The notes under the pieces were generated by a model that saw only the letters and a program-made list of their open reading frames with translations, was not told the origin of the DNA and searched no databases. The translations under genes and the position numbers were made by a program. Of a stretch of DNA of 49,897 nucleotides, positions 24,638 to 46,925 are shown one piece after another; position 1 is the stretch's first letter, and every line of letters begins with the position of its first letter. Where the stretch lies: positions 1 through 49,897 of the forward strand of contig SNRW01000007.1 of the NCBI GenBank assembly GCA_008636045.1, written 5' to 3'. The stretch comes from Streblomastix strix (taxonomy: Eukaryota).

Positions 24638-25745
24638 ATGTTCATACTCATTCTCATTACTAGTGGGCTAACTTAGTCAATTCCTGAAATTATTAATTCA
24701 ACCCCTAACTCAACATGGGTATGGATATTATATTACATGTCAAATGATAAATACCAATATTTTTATACATTATAACTAATAGGTAGCGGTTGATTATCCT
24801 CCATCAATAATGAACAAAATGAAGCACAATTCATAAATATCCAACCACATCACTTCACATAAAACTGAGCCATATAGAGATAACAGTAATGTTCCATCAG
24901 ATTTTGATGCCAGAAAACAATGGCCTGGATTAATACTCGGAGTTCGTGATCAAGGGGTAAATTCATATATTTTATTCATTTTATTTGATTTTTCACCTTA
25001 ATAATTCTATTTAACCCAATTTTTTTCCTAATAATTCTATTATTGTAAACTCTTTCCAATTAGAACTGCGGTGCATGCTGGGCGTTTTCAATTGCTGAGA
25101 ACATCGGAAACAGACTTGGAATACTCAAATGCAGCCGAGGATTTATGAGTCCACAAGATCTGATAAGCTGCAATGATTTTGGAAGCGGATGCAAAGGAGG
25201 GTATTTATTATAGGCCTGGGAATTTGCAGTGGATAAAGGGCTGGCTACTGATAAATGCATATCGTACAGCGCATCTAATCTACCTTGCCCTAAGAGTTGC
25301 AACGATGGAATGAAGATTAAAAGAACACCCATATCTAAATTCAGGTTTGTGAATTCAACCAATATCCAGGATGAGATCTACAAGAATAGCACAGTCTCAG
25401 CCAATATGATTGTGTATTCAGATTTCATGAACTACAAGAGCGGTGTTTATGTTCATTAAACTGGACTTAGCACTGGTTCGCATGCAGTTATTATTATTGG
25501 GTGGGGAATAGAGAATAATATTCCTTATTGGCTTGTATAGAATAGCTGGGGTTAAGATTGGGGCGAGAAAGTGTGAATATTAGTTGAATTTGATTTATTA
25601 TTATTAAAATATTATTTATTTATTTATTCATAATTTATTTATTCATAATATTTATTAGGGATACTTCAAAATCATAAGAGGAAATGACCATTGCGGAATT
25701 GAGTCTAGTGTAACTACTGGTGATCCAAAGTGTGTCAAAGAATGA
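24638..25745 (+). CDS. Cathepsin B-like papain-family (C1A) cysteine protease, 4 exons
   Basis: Signal peptide MFILILITSGLT; VPSDFDARKQWP, VRDQG/NCGACWAF (catalytic Cys), YSDFMNYKSGVYVH, GSHAVIIIGWG (His), YWLVQNSWG (Asn; Q encoded by TAG), GYFKIIRGNDHCGIE. Introns ~24719-24782, ~24958-25063, ~25571-25658; TGA 25743-25745. Confidence 0.95.
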
Positions 25746-26374
25746 ATTCTAATTGTAATGTTGATTGTAATATGTAAAAATAAATAATCGGTATTAATAT
25801 ATAAATATTTAAATATGTTAAATAATTGAAAAGAATTAAACAGAAATACAAATCTTTAAAAATTAAGTTTGATAGTAATTGTAAGAATGGCTATAAATTT
25901 TATGATTATTTTAAAGAAAATAGATTAAATTTATGAAATATTTACAATTGTACTTCCAACAAAAAATTTTGGGAAGCAAAGAGCATTTTTCTAGGTCAAA
26001 AAATGGGATACTAAATTTGAGCTGTGTGATCCTTGGCATCAGCATCCTCATCAAAAAATCAACAATAAAACTGCTAGTTACATATTATTCCAACAATATT
26101 TCAACGAAATTATTGATACGTGTCTGAGTTACAAAGTTATTTTTTAAACTTGGTTTTCTTCACTACATATGAGTTTTCAAAATAGAAATTATAATATAAT
26201 TTTATATAATACAACGGAATAACATCATTTTCATAACTATTTAGATAAATATATCACTTTTCCATAAATATCGGCGAAATTTCTTCTTTTTTTATTTTTA
26301 TTTTATTTTATTTATTATTCTCTACATTTATTCTTTATTTTTGGTTTCCTTCTTATTTTTCTTCAACAGTTAAG

Positions 26375-29300
26375 ATGGACAACGATCTTGAAGAAGAAAT
26401 TGGGAGAAATTTATAACCTGAATACGAAGTTTGCTTTTGTATATATTTAACTTTGCTTTTGAATATATTTAACTTTGCTTTTGAATATAAATGACTTTGC
26501 TTTTAAATATATTTAACTTTGCTTTTAAACATTTTTGACTTTGCTTTTAACTTATTCTACTTAAATATATATTTCTTTAATATTATTAAGCATTCACCTG
26601 CTACAATAGAATAAATTCGTTCTTTTCGGTAAGAAATTGAGGAGATACGATGAGAAAAAGACGATATCGAAAAGAGATTAAATGATCAGATAAGAATTCT
26701 TGATTCAAATTACAGAGATGAGAAAGAGCAGAGAGAAACAATTGAAAGGAAATTAAAACAATCTGAAGAAACAGCAAGTAAAGAAAAGAGGGAGAAAATT
26801 GAGCTGTAATTAAAATTGCAGAATGAAGAAAAAGATAAGAAAATTGTTTAATAGAAATTTAATGAATTTAAATAAGTTTCATATGAAAAAGAATAAGAAG
26901 CAGAATCCTAATTGAATGAGAAAGAAATAGAAAGAAGGAAAACAGAATACGCATTGAAATATGAATAAGAAGAAAAGAAAGAAGCAATTGATAGATCAAA
27001 TGAATTTGAAAAGAATTATTAATAAGAAGTTGCAAGAAGAAGAAATGTTGAAGTAGAAAGAGATAAATTGAGTAAAGAAAATGATAAATTAAAAAGGGAC
27101 ATTGAAAGATTGAATAAAGAAATTGAGAATTAATAAAATCTTGTGAGTGAATATGAAATTAAATATTAAGCAGAAGTTGAAGCAAAAGAAAGAATGAAGA
27201 ATGAATATGAAGAAAAGATTGAATAATTAAAAAAAGATTCAGAAGAAAGAATTGAGAAAGAAAAGAAGAATTCATAAAATGAGATATTTAGAAGAATTTA
27301 ATTAGAAAATGATATAAAGAATTAAATTAAATTAAAAGAAAATGCACTTTTACATGTTCAATAATCTGAGAACGATAATTCTGAGTTAGAAGCAAAAATT
27401 ATTGAATTGTAAAATGAAGTAGAAATTTTGAAAGAAGAAATCAATAAAGAAAATTTAAAATCTGAAAAGGAAATATAAAAATCTTCTGAAGAAGAAAGAA
27501 AAAGAAAAGAAATTGAAGATCATAAATAAATTATTGAGAATTAAAATTAGACAATCAAAAGAGAAAATTAAAAAATTAAAATTGAAGTTAATCGAATAAA
27601 GAAGAAATTTGGGGAAGAAATTGTTGAAAATGAAATTTAATATATTTAATAAAAAGAGAAAGAAAAAGAAGATTAAATATCCGAGTTAAAAGAACAAATT
27701 GAAAGAAAAAAAGTTGAAGTAACTATGAAAGCTAAAATTGATGAAAAAGAAAAAAAATAATTAAATGAATAAATTAAATGGCTGAAACTCCCAGATGATT
27801 TATTAAAGAAACTTGGTGAAGATTTAATGAAACCTTTATTAGGAACGGAAGTTTAGAAGAAAGAAGCTTTACAATTGCTAGAAAATGATTGTAAATTCTT
27901 ATCATTGGCTTTAAATGATAGAAAGGATGATGATGGAAGAAAAAGAGTTATTAAATCAGGAGTAATTGAAGGATTCAATAATGTATTTGAGAATTATGAA
28001 CTAAATTCAATCACTCGAACATAATCATAATCATTCTTTCATATAACAAACAATTCAAGTGATGAATGCAATCTTCTCCTTTTAGAAAAGAAACCATTTC
28101 TTGGTTTGATTCGTCTTCTTGAACACACAAATAATCATATTGTTAATGAATCCATTTCTTCAATATTCTTAGTTCTCCAAACTGGAATAAATACTACACC
28201 AAAATCAGATCCACATCCTCATTATGAATTAATATAAGAAATTGATGGAATTAAGAAGATCTTTGCTTTGTTTCTAAAGAATGGGAACAAATAAAGCAGA
28301 GACAGATCAGCATTATGCATTGGATATCTGTTCAAAGCTCGGGAGATAGCAGATCCAATTATGAGATAAGAGATAATAAATCATCTCAAGAGTCTTCTGA
28401 ATGATGAAAATGCATGGGTGAAAGAAGGAGCAAAATATGCACTGAAATATCTTGCTCAAAATGAATGTATGCTTAATATTTTAAACATAAATAAATTATT
28501 ATTTAATTTAATTTAGTTATTAAATTACAATATTTGTTTTATATTAATTATTATTATTTTTATTCATATTATATTTAAATTATTTTCTTTTTTACAAATA
28601 TCAAAGAAAACCGCTCTAAAATTTTGAATGAATAAGAATTAAAAAGAGTTGGTTAAGATTTGAAATAACCAATTGATGGAACAGAAGAATAGTAGAAAGA
28701 TATTACTCAGAGACAAGAAACCGATCTTCTTCTTCTTTCATCAGTAATAAAAGGTCGTAATGACACTGAACTTCGCAAACGGATTATTTCATCTGGAATT
28801 GTTGAATCACTGCTGACAATCTTCACCATTAGAGATCTTAATTCAATCACTCGGGCATATTCATAATCATTCTTTGATCTCACAAACAATTCAAGTGATG
28901 AAAGCAAACTTCTCATTTACAATAAGAAACCATATCCTGGTTTAATTCGCCTTCTTGAACACACAAATAATGATATTACAAGTGATACAATCATTTCAAT
29001 CTTATTAATTCTCCAAACTGGTTCCAACACTACAAAAGAATCAGATCCACATCCTCATTATGAATAAATATAAGAAAGTGATGGAATAAAGGAGATATTT
29101 GCTTTGTTTCAAAAGAATGGGAACAAATACAGCAGAGACAGATCAGCATTATGCATTGGATATCTCTTCAAAGCTCAGGAGATAGCAGATCCAATTATGA
29201 GACAAGAAATTATCAATCATATCAAGAGTCTTATAAATGATTCTGATGCATGGGTGAAGGGAAGAGCAAAAAATGCACTGAAATATCTTGCTCAAAATGC

Positions 29301-29410
29301 TGGTATGATAAATTATTAAATGGAATATTAAAAATATTTGTTTCTTCCATATTTTAAACCCAGAAAACAAAGTTGTGATTGAAGCTGGTGGCTTTACCAT
29401 TGCAAAGTGA
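26375..29410 (+). CDS. Long coiled-coil protein with two tandem ARM/HEAT-like lineage-specific domains; in-frame TGA at 26651-26653
   Basis: Exons ~26375-26428, 26591-28466, ~28607-29302, ~29364-29410. E/K/Q-rich region followed by duplicated LNSITR...GLIRLLEH...DPHPHYE...SRDRSALCIGYLFKA.EIADPIMRQEIINH...ALKYLAQN; ends IEAGGFTIAK then TGA. Confidence 0.8.
26430..26551. repeat. Intronic 22-bp tandem repeat (~5.5 copies)
   Basis: tttgcttttgaatatatttaac repeated from the splice donor onward. Confidence 0.88.
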
Positions 29411-29794
29411 GTTTAAGATATCTGAAGTTCGGAATAAATATCTTAAGGTATAAAAAATTATAATCACAACGTTAAAATAGAACATTTAATCAATGTAAAA
29501 AATAAATTCAATACAAAGTTATTATACAACTTTAAAGATTTTAATTTGTAAGTTTGAAGGTTATTTAAGTAGTTATTCTGATTATTAAATCTCTTGTTAT
29601 GAAGATTGTTTATAGTTATATCTTTTCAAAAATAGAACTTTAATATTAAAAAAATAAACTTTATTTAAGACTCTTTTTTTATTCATATACGGAAGGTTTA
29701 ATCTAGAGAAATTACAAAATCAGATACTTAAATCAAAATATATGAGTTGATATTTAGTTTCAATTTGGTCTTGTTCTATCTATTTTGTCTTGTT

Positions 29795-37152
<7,358 letters not shown>

Positions 37153-38519
37153 TACGTCAAACTAAATAAATAATAAATATAATTTGAGCTAATAGTTATA
37201 TATACATAGCAGGGAAGTTGTGAATAGCATTATTTTGAATAATTTGTTTATTGTGATTTAAATCATTCATTATAACATTCAGTATTTATATTTATTACAT
37301 ATAATGACCGCAAATATGAATATTATAAGAATTTATGGGAAATTAGTTGCACAATTTCTATGGTGGGGCTGGAGCGATGTTTTTAATAAAAGAAAAATGT
37401 AATATTTTTTATGATTATTACTTATTATATTTAGTGATATTTTAATGAATTGAGTTAAATAAATATATAATTAAGTGAAAAGGATATAAGAATAAATTTT
37501 TAAATTGAATAATTTGTTGGAAATAACTGATTTAATTTTAAAAGCTATAAAATATTGAATAAATAGATGTTAAATAAGTATTTTAATCGTATATTCATAT
37601 AAATATCGATTTAATTATACTAAAAACAAATTTTAACTTTTACTTTATTTTTTTGTTTAATAGAAAATGAGAATTTTTTAATAACAAAGGCAAATGGGTA
37701 AAAATAATGGCTTTTATAGGTCATACCTATCATTTTTGAGTAAGTAGTAAAATATTGTTCTATGACATATAGCTTCCAAATAAAAATGAAATTTCCGAAC
37801 GAACATAAACTCGAAGATATCGAGATACAGATCATTTATTTTTGAAATTTTTTATAAAATATAATTTTATAATTCAGTTATGAAATTATTTTTATATCAT
37901 AGCTAACCGCACTGAGATCAAAATGGGAGTATTTAGAGTTGTAGGTTGAAAGTCTGCAATTTGATTTGAATTATTTCATTAAATATTTCCTTTCGCGTAC
38001 AGCTATTTTATAATAATATAGCATATGATATTTGGCAAAGTAAATCTAACTAATAATAAAAATATGAAAATAAATCGAATTCGTAACTTATTTACAGAGT
38101 TACTAACAATTTTTCATATTTACTCATAAACTTCATTTTTCTTAAAATTCATTATAAATTTCACAGGTATCATACTACATAATAAAATAAATGGAATCTA
38201 AATATCTTCCACAATTAAATTTTAGAGAAAAAACTTATCTACAACAAAATTGCATCTAGCGATTTTTCCATATTATATTATTTAATATATTTACTTAAAA
38301 TATGAATTATTAATTATATATGATCAATTTATATAAAATTTGTTTAATATTTATATTAATTTAAACCAAATTAATTTGAAATTTCTTCTTCTCGTTTTAA
38401 ATCCACATATACTGTGTTAAATTTTATTATTATTAAAAATTTAAATATTTAATATTATTTTTCATATTATTTTTTTTTCATTTATATTTTTTTAATAATT
38501 TATTTATACAGAAAAATCG

Positions 38520-41500
38520 ATGCATCTCATAATCATTATATTATTTTTCTATTTCTTGCCGACTTTTATTGCGGTAAATCACCATTTCACTTCATACAGA
38601 TCATCATAATCACGTTCAATAAATTTGCACAGAACTCAAACAAAAATTACAAATACTGTCACTGGAATTTTAGAACATGAGGTTGGATTTAATAATTGGA
38701 TTTCATATTCTTGGAATAATCCATCAGGAAAGAAATTAAGGTTTAGATACGCATCTTCTGTATCAGACGTAATTGGCACATTTTAACTAACTAATTTTCA
38801 TAATGAACAAGATTTTGAATACTTCGAAGTTGGATCAGCAAGGACATTGCCACTTTTTAAAATAGATAATGGAACATTGAGTTTGACTGATGCATATATT
38901 CACAACATTGTACTTGATGATTGTTCATTAATTGAGATAACTGGTTATCCTTCTATTGGCAGTGCTATAGTTGTTATCAATCACTGCCGATTTGAAGAAA
39001 TTTCGCTTCATTTTGCAACAAATTACTATCCTGTATGAAAAATATTATTCATTACTTTTTTTATTAAATATTTGTTTTACATTTTAAATTAATTTATATA
39101 TCAGATTGCTCCTTCACAAAATCCGACATAATGTTGTGTATTACTAATTAAAGTACCTTAACCAGGGATATAATCATCAATTACAGTTATTAATTGTCTT
39201 TTTGCTCATATTTCAGCTGGAAGTTCAGATCCTGATTTCAGAATGACTCCGTAATCAGATTATGCTCCAGTGATGATAACATATAATGGATACCCATAAT
39301 CAATGGAAGAAGAATCCAATAATAACATTGAATTCATTTAGACTCGATTTATATCAACACATGGTTCACACACAGGAGCTATTGATATTCGTGGTTCAAT
39401 TGGATCAGTTAAACTTGATTGTGTAACATTCAGTAAGACAGTTGCTGAATTGAGCACTCGCTTTGTTTCTGATGCATTCTATGGTAATGTAATGTATGTG
39501 AGTGGTATTCATGATTTGCAATATTTTGCATCATAGTTCATTGTGCATTGTCGATCTGATTCTGATTCTCCAAAATTAGCTGCATAAAACTCTCTTGATT
39601 TTGGATTGGATGATTATCTTATTCCAGATTTCTAATCTTCGATGATAATATCTTAAAGTGGGAGTGATTCAATGGGAATGGGAACTGAATTGCTTCCTTT
39701 CTCTTCAATTTAAACAGCAATTGCAATATGTAATCCTAAGAAAGCATTATTTGTTGAGAAATAAGTTGATATGGTATATTACCCAATATCGATTAATATC
39801 AAAGCAGGAATGTATGAAGAATCAGAAATAAAGATTGTTTCTGAGAGAATTACTATGAAAGGAGAAGGAATTGGAAACACAACAATTTAAAACAAAGATT
39901 CATCCTGTGTTTTATCAATTGAATCAGACAACAAATTTTGTAAAATGGAAATAATTGGAATAACATTTGAATAAGTAAATATTGGAACATCAAATGGAGA
40001 TAATGCATTAATGATGATATAATATGGAGAAATTAGTTTAATTCAATGCTCTTTTAAATAAACGAATTCAATCACTCCATCAAATGTTCCATTCATCAGA
40101 AACTATTGCAAAAACACAATTCTTTCATAAGTTTCATTCAGTAATAGTAAATTTAATTCAATTAATTCTATATCATCCATTGAAGTTATCTCTGGAGGTG
40201 GATTTAGATTAGAGAGATGTCAATTCATCAACATCAGTGGTGCTTCAGTTATAAAAGCAGTTCTTTCAGATACATTCTCTGATTTAATAATCCGTGATTG
40301 CAAGTTCAATTAATGCGTAAATACTCTTGAAGGCTCAATTGTTGTTACAAATTCAATGATTAATAATCCAACCATTTCAAAGGTGTAATAAATCCTCATT
40401 TCACCAATTTCTACTTTTACTCGATGTGAATTCACTTCAAACATTCAAAATGGCGGAGTTAAATTTCTTGGTAATTATTTCCAGATTGGATTTGTATAAT
40501 GCGTATTTGATAGCACCAGTACTATTTCATATAGTGATTAATGGAACAATCTAAATGGAAACGAGATTAAATCCTATTCATTTGGCGGATGCACTGGAAA
40601 TGCATCAAGTGAATCTTTCTCTATCAATATAACAGGATCATCATATAGTTCAATTATATAAGCCATTAATTAGAAGACTTAAGGTGGATAATCATTACTT
40701 ACATTATTTGTTGGATAAGGAACTTGGTAAGACGATGGATTGATGATTGGAGCTCGATCTATCAAAATAGAAGGGTCAGGTGTCAATGAAACAATATTGA
40801 TGAATAAAGCAACCAATTGAATTTGGCTTGCTTTTGTTATTGGAGGAAAACTTACTATTCAAAATGCATAACTACAGCAGGTCACATCAACTCAGTTTTA
40901 TGGTGGAATATTAGTCCTTCGTGGAGATGGAATTATTGATTTAACAAACGTTGTTATCAAACAAAGAGAATTAGTTTTAAATTAAACAAGCAATTCAATA
41001 TATGCAACAGCTGGTGACATAATTATAACAAACTGTAGTTTTGAAAAAGCATCATTCAAAAATGATTTCTTATAATCAATTCATATAGCAACAATTTATT
41101 GTGAGGATAAATTTGGATCATTATCAATCGCATAAACAAACATTTCACAATAATTAACTTCTTTCATTAATCCACCAACCGATGAACAAATTAGAGATTA
41201 AAATAATATTGAATATGGAGGAGGATCAATCGTGATATAAAATGCATAAAGATTGAAATTTGAAGAATGTTACTTCATTCAGAATCAAGGATGGCGCACT
41301 GGAGCGATTAATATCCAATAAATGAGCAATAATTGGATTTCGTCAGGAAACTAGTAAGAATTAGAATTTGATGCTTTTGAAATAAGAAGATGCATATTTG
41401 ATAGTAATACTGCAAACAAAGATAAAAGTATTTCATAAATGCATTTGAAAAGAGATTTTGGCAATGATATTATATTTGATTATGAATATTCAAAGACTGA

Positions 41501-44500
41501 CATATTATCAAACATAATATAAACTAATTCTTCATCACTAATTCCTAAAACTGGAAGCATTCATAAACAATTTGCTTTGAGTGTATTTGATTAGTAGCTT
41601 AATGCTAAATGGACATTTGAAGTTGCATATATCAGTCTTGAAGGTTGTAATTAGCAAACAAATACATCTGGACAATAGCGAAATCCATATTATACGATTG
41701 AATATGCAAATTTTCACACAACTTCATCACAAAGACGTACAAAATATCTTTTTGTCTTTCCAGGTAACTTCACAGAAAATTGTATCTTTATTGGAGGTTA
41801 AAATGCGTCAATTACAGGAACTGTTGTAGGACTTACCGATCCAAAAGATGATTTTTCAGCATAAAACGATTTTCCTGGACCAACCGAGATTCATAATTCA
41901 ATATTGACTAATGAAGACTTAATCCAAGTCTATGATGGAGCTCTTACACTTCATACTCTTGTTATACGAATTGATAACAGCGATGATAGTTTCTCAATTC
42001 CAATCAGTGCGATTGCAATTCATGGATAATAAGCATCCGCAACAATTGAATAGTGTGCATTTCGAACAGTAAATAACAAATTAGCCTTGGATAAAGACTT
42101 CTTATCGCTTGATAGAGGAGGCAACCTTACTATTAGAAGTGCATCAATTCAAAACGTATTAGAGAATTATAGACCAGTATTATATATTGTTGTTTCAGAG
42201 AAATCAAACGTAATTCTTCAATAAGTCAATATTACGAGCTGTGAAATATTTGAATCAAGTTCAGGAGTTATTCATCTGCAATATTACACTGGAGGAACAG
42301 TAACATTAGATCAATGTTAATTCAGATATAATATTGCTGTAACTTATATGTATGAAGGATATAAACCATTTGCAGGAGCATTATTGATCCAGTTATGTGA
42401 AAGTTCTTTATCTTCATCTTATAGATCTGGAAGTGAATAATAATAATTGGAAAGTTCCAGAATGCTGATACTTAATAATTGCAGGTTTGTTTGAATTGAA
42501 AATGAATATAGAAAAATAATATTAATATTAGAAATGTATTCTAATTTACTTATATTCATATTCATATTAATTCATTTATCAATATAATCATATATTCATA
42601 TTAGTTTTGATAACAACATTGGTGATTGTGGTGGAGCTGTAACTGTTTCTGGAACACGAACTCTTCTATAAGAAGAATGATTGAGATTTAATCGATGCTT
42701 CTTTGAAAGTAACAGAGCTGGATCAACAATTTACTTTGATTATATGCCTTTTGGAAATGATATATACTTCTATATTAAAGGTATTGCATATAATAAATGA
42801 TTAAGAAATTGAATTGAATTAAATTATATTTATGGACTAAATAGAGCTAAAATATTTAATATTTCTTAATTAATATTACTTATTATTATTTATCTTTTTC
42901 TTTGTTTATTAACAGATATATATTCCTTTCTTTTTAATGAGACATAAACATCTCAAACTAGTTCATTTCATTCTTCCTATTTCTAAAAGTGCTCTTCAAG
43001 TTCATATGTTCCTTTAATTAACCATATGGAGAATACTTTGGGAACAGATAAATTAGATTAGTATGTTAGATTGAAAAAGAATTACAAGAACTTTTATATT
43101 TAATTTTTTATTAACGTTAAATTTATTTATATATAAATTTAATTTTAATTAATATTTTCCTTCTATTTAATTTGTTAATATATTTTCCCTAGACTTTTTC
43201 TTGCTAATACAGTTCGGTCACGATTCGTTATTTATGTTTCACTTTCTGGAAATGATGCAAATGGTTTGATAGATCAATAATAAGATAAAATTATTATAAA
43301 ATGTTTAATTCAATGATAATTCTCATTCATATATTCATTATTGAAGTTGGTGATCAATCATCTCCTCTCAGAATGATTTCTCATTCATTTTCAATGTTAA
43401 ATAGATCAGGTCGTTAAAATTATAAAAATGCATCTTTATATTTTTTTTATCATTATATTTTTTATTTATTTGTTTTACTTTTTTTTAACTATTTTATACA
43501 TAATAAATAGCTGGGCATAAAGAGATAAATGTGATGAAAGGCTTATTTGAAGAACCAATGCTTTGTACTGGGAATGTTTGTTCATTAAATAACGATTTAA
43601 TTATTTTAAATTACTTTTATTAAATTAATTATTTTGATAAAATAATTTTCCAACTATTTTTTATATAATTTTTTTTAGGTTTTAATAACAATTTCAGGCT
43701 AAGGTCATCATGCCACTTCAATTTGCAATACAATGCAATCTGAGAATAGTATTGTTTGGGTACAACAAGGTTTATTTGATTTTTATATATTCTCACATAT
43801 TTTGACTTAATTTATTCATTTTTCCCCTCAATTTGTTTATAGGTTCTAATGTAATTATTCAAGACTTCTATTTATTCAGATACAGTATGATTAGCACCAA
43901 TGCATATTTAATTGATTGCGATCCAGATTGTTCAGTATTTTAATTTGATGATAAATCATTATTTAAAAAATAATTAATATTTTTATATATTTTGTATTCA
44001 ATTAACTATTTTCTTTTATATTTTAATTACAATCCCATCATAAAGGCTATTATAAAGAGATGCGTATTGTGCAATGATTAAAAAGCAAATCCAGGAGATA
44101 AATTCAATACTGGAATATTTAGGTACATTAATTGTTACAATTTTAAACATTTTTTTTTAAAAACATAATTCATTTATTATTTATTTATTTTTAAATTAAA
44201 TAAAGTGGATTTTAAACATCTGGAGGCTTCTTTAACTGTCTTTTCTTAAATTCACACATAACTTCTGGTCCATTGATATGGATTAAAGGAGCAATTGATT
44301 TTTTTGACTAAGATTTGCATGAATCAGCAAATAATAAATGTAAGTTCTAATTTGATATAGGATATATTCCTGATGGTAATCCAACTCAAGCTTTGTTTGA
44401 ACTCTATAATGTGACATTCAGAAATGTGAGCACTGTTGATTCTACAACTCCTCTAATTAATATTTCATCAACTCCAAGCATCTGTGTAACATTTGATTTT

Positions 44501-46925
44501 TGTTTATTTGAAGAGACAACTGGAATTCTTATTTAGTTAAATAGATCATATTTCAACACTGAAGAGGGTGATATTAAACAAATTAAGTTTAATCACTGCA
44601 CTTGGATATAAAATGGAAAGATAATGAATTCCACTGATTTATATGAATCAGGAGTTCTTACAATATAATATACTTATTATTAAAATTATACTCCTGACTA
44701 ATTCTCAGATTAGAATTGTATGATTAAGATTGGTAATGTGATTGTTGAAAATTGTATATTTTCAGATAATGTAGGATCAAAAGCAAATGATATATTGATT
44801 TAATATGGATTATTTGATGAATAATTAATAACATTCTAAAATTGCTTTATCAGTAAATAAAGCTCTTCACTAACAACACAAAACTTTTCTACATTTGTTT
44901 ATCATACAAATCTTGTTGATAAAAGTCTAACATAATTATCTTCACTTGAAGGCATTTCTGAATATACATCATCACAAAATAGAAATAAGATAATAACTTC
45001 TTATTCAACATTGATTGAAGGTGAATTGACTTAATTTGTTTCAATGATGATAAAATATGATCCTGGTTATAATATTCAATTTCAAAAAGGAATAACAGCT
45101 GAAGAGACAACATTAAATGTTAGATGTATGATAAATATTTAAATAATTTTTTGAAAATTAATATTTTGAATTGAAATTGGAATATTTTATTTTATTCGTA
45201 AAAATATTTATTTTGTTTATTTATTATAAAACAGACAACAAATTATCCATATTCAAAGATGATAGCGTATAAGAAGAAGTAATATTCAGAGCAAAGGAAA
45301 CTCAAATTTCTTCTTATTATGCTCCATTTAAAGAAAATGGAGCTTTTATTGATCCTTATTCATCTCCACTCATTGCTGTTGAATAATCAGGAGAGATTTC
45401 AATGAAAGCAATTGTTATTCTTCATTTCTATGAGAAAAGTCTACATTCTGTAATTGAAGTCAAAGATGAAGCTAAATTCAATGGAATATAACTTATATTT
45501 AGACCAATTGAAGAACAACTTGTTGGAAGGACATCATTACCAACAACCGAATAAACATCACCTTATCTTCTATGTCTTGGTGGATTCACCATTTTAGAAT
45601 CATGCCAATTCTTACCAACAAACTTCGAAAACTCTGTTGCAATCAGAACAATGCATGAAATTGGAATTAACAGCAAAGAAGGAGCTTAATCAGATGATTA
45701 TAATCTAACACTTATTGGATGTTAAATGATTGGAATGAATAGAATTGATGAAGCAGAGAACAGTGGATCAGCAATTGATGCAATTGGAATGTAAATAACT
45801 CTTGAATCATGTATATTTGATATGAATACATAATAATCCAATATGATGAAAAACAATATAAATAAATAAGAACAAAAAAGAAATGAAGATGAATAATAAC
45901 AACCTGAAGAACATCTTATTCCAACATGTGGATGGAATACAGCATACGTCAGACAGAATACTGGAAGTCTCATTCTTTCTAAAGGAACATAATTCACTAA
46001 TTTAAATAAAGGTGCAATTTCACTTCTTGGTGCTAATCTGAATATTGTTGATCCTGATGTGCAATTCCTAAATAACATTGACAATTCTTTATTATAAGGA
46101 TTGCGTAGAAATGAAGATGAACCTATAATTATAAAACCAACTTTCTTAAGAAGAAATATAGCATGTGGATATGGAAGTAGAATCACTTCACCGATTGAAA
46201 GTTTCTCAGAGAATGGATTGTAAGAAGATTCACTTTGGATATTGAAGACTTATGAAGGAAAGAAAATTGATGGATAATAATAAGATATTGTCTATGAAAG
46301 TGAATGTTAATTAGCTGGAGGATTATAAAATGTGAAATCACCCCTGTTTATTCCTCATATTGATGAAGCCAGTGGAATTATAAGTAAAGATAAATTAGGT
46401 ATAGATATTTAGATAATTGGAAGGCATTTAGTCAGATGCGGAGTAGTGAAGTATAAAATATGCGAGAAGATGAAAGTAACAAATGATGATGGATAAGAAT
46501 TAGAAGAGATAATATAAGAAAAAGAAAAACACTGCCAAACTGAATTGATGGAAAATACATTTCAATGGGAAAGTGAATAAGAATTTACTATTCAAACACG
46601 ATATAAAACTGTCCGTAAATGGAAACCAATGGAAGTTTGGCTTATGTATGCAGATTAATCATAAATAAGCGAAATATTGAGTTTATCCATTGGAAAGCTC
46701 AGTACAAGTGCAATTATCATAATTGTTGTTATTTCAGTGGTAGCTATTATTGTTGTAGTTGCAATCTTAATTGCACTTCTGATTTATGGATACAAATAAA
46801 AGAATAAAATCTATGCAATGAGATAATTGGAAGAAGAGATGGAAAATTAATCAAATCATACTTAAATGTATGAGTTAAACGGATAATAAAACTTACTTTT
46901 AATTTAATCATCGTAATATGAATGA
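38520..46925 (+). CDS. Very large multi-exon type-I membrane/surface protein with probable beta-helix (pectin-lyase-like) repeats; in-frame TGA at 42678-42680
   Basis: Hydrophobic N-terminus MHLIIIILFFLFLA; recurring ..CxFxxN and G(G/T)A(I/V) motifs and SxxGxD...G....P...I segments; single C-terminal TM AIIIIVVISVVAIIVVVAILIALLIYGY followed by KQKNK (~46705-46805); TGA 46923-46925; exons over 3 kb are open only with TAR=Gln. Confidence 0.8.

Noticed and set aside
37360..37379. atggtggggctggagcgatg resembling the reverse complement of ~3028-3047
   Set aside because: Short match needing two indels, with no flanking similarity.
37992..38002. ttcgcgtacag shared with 49191-49201
   Set aside because: 11-bp match with two occurrences only; not supportable as a regulatory site.
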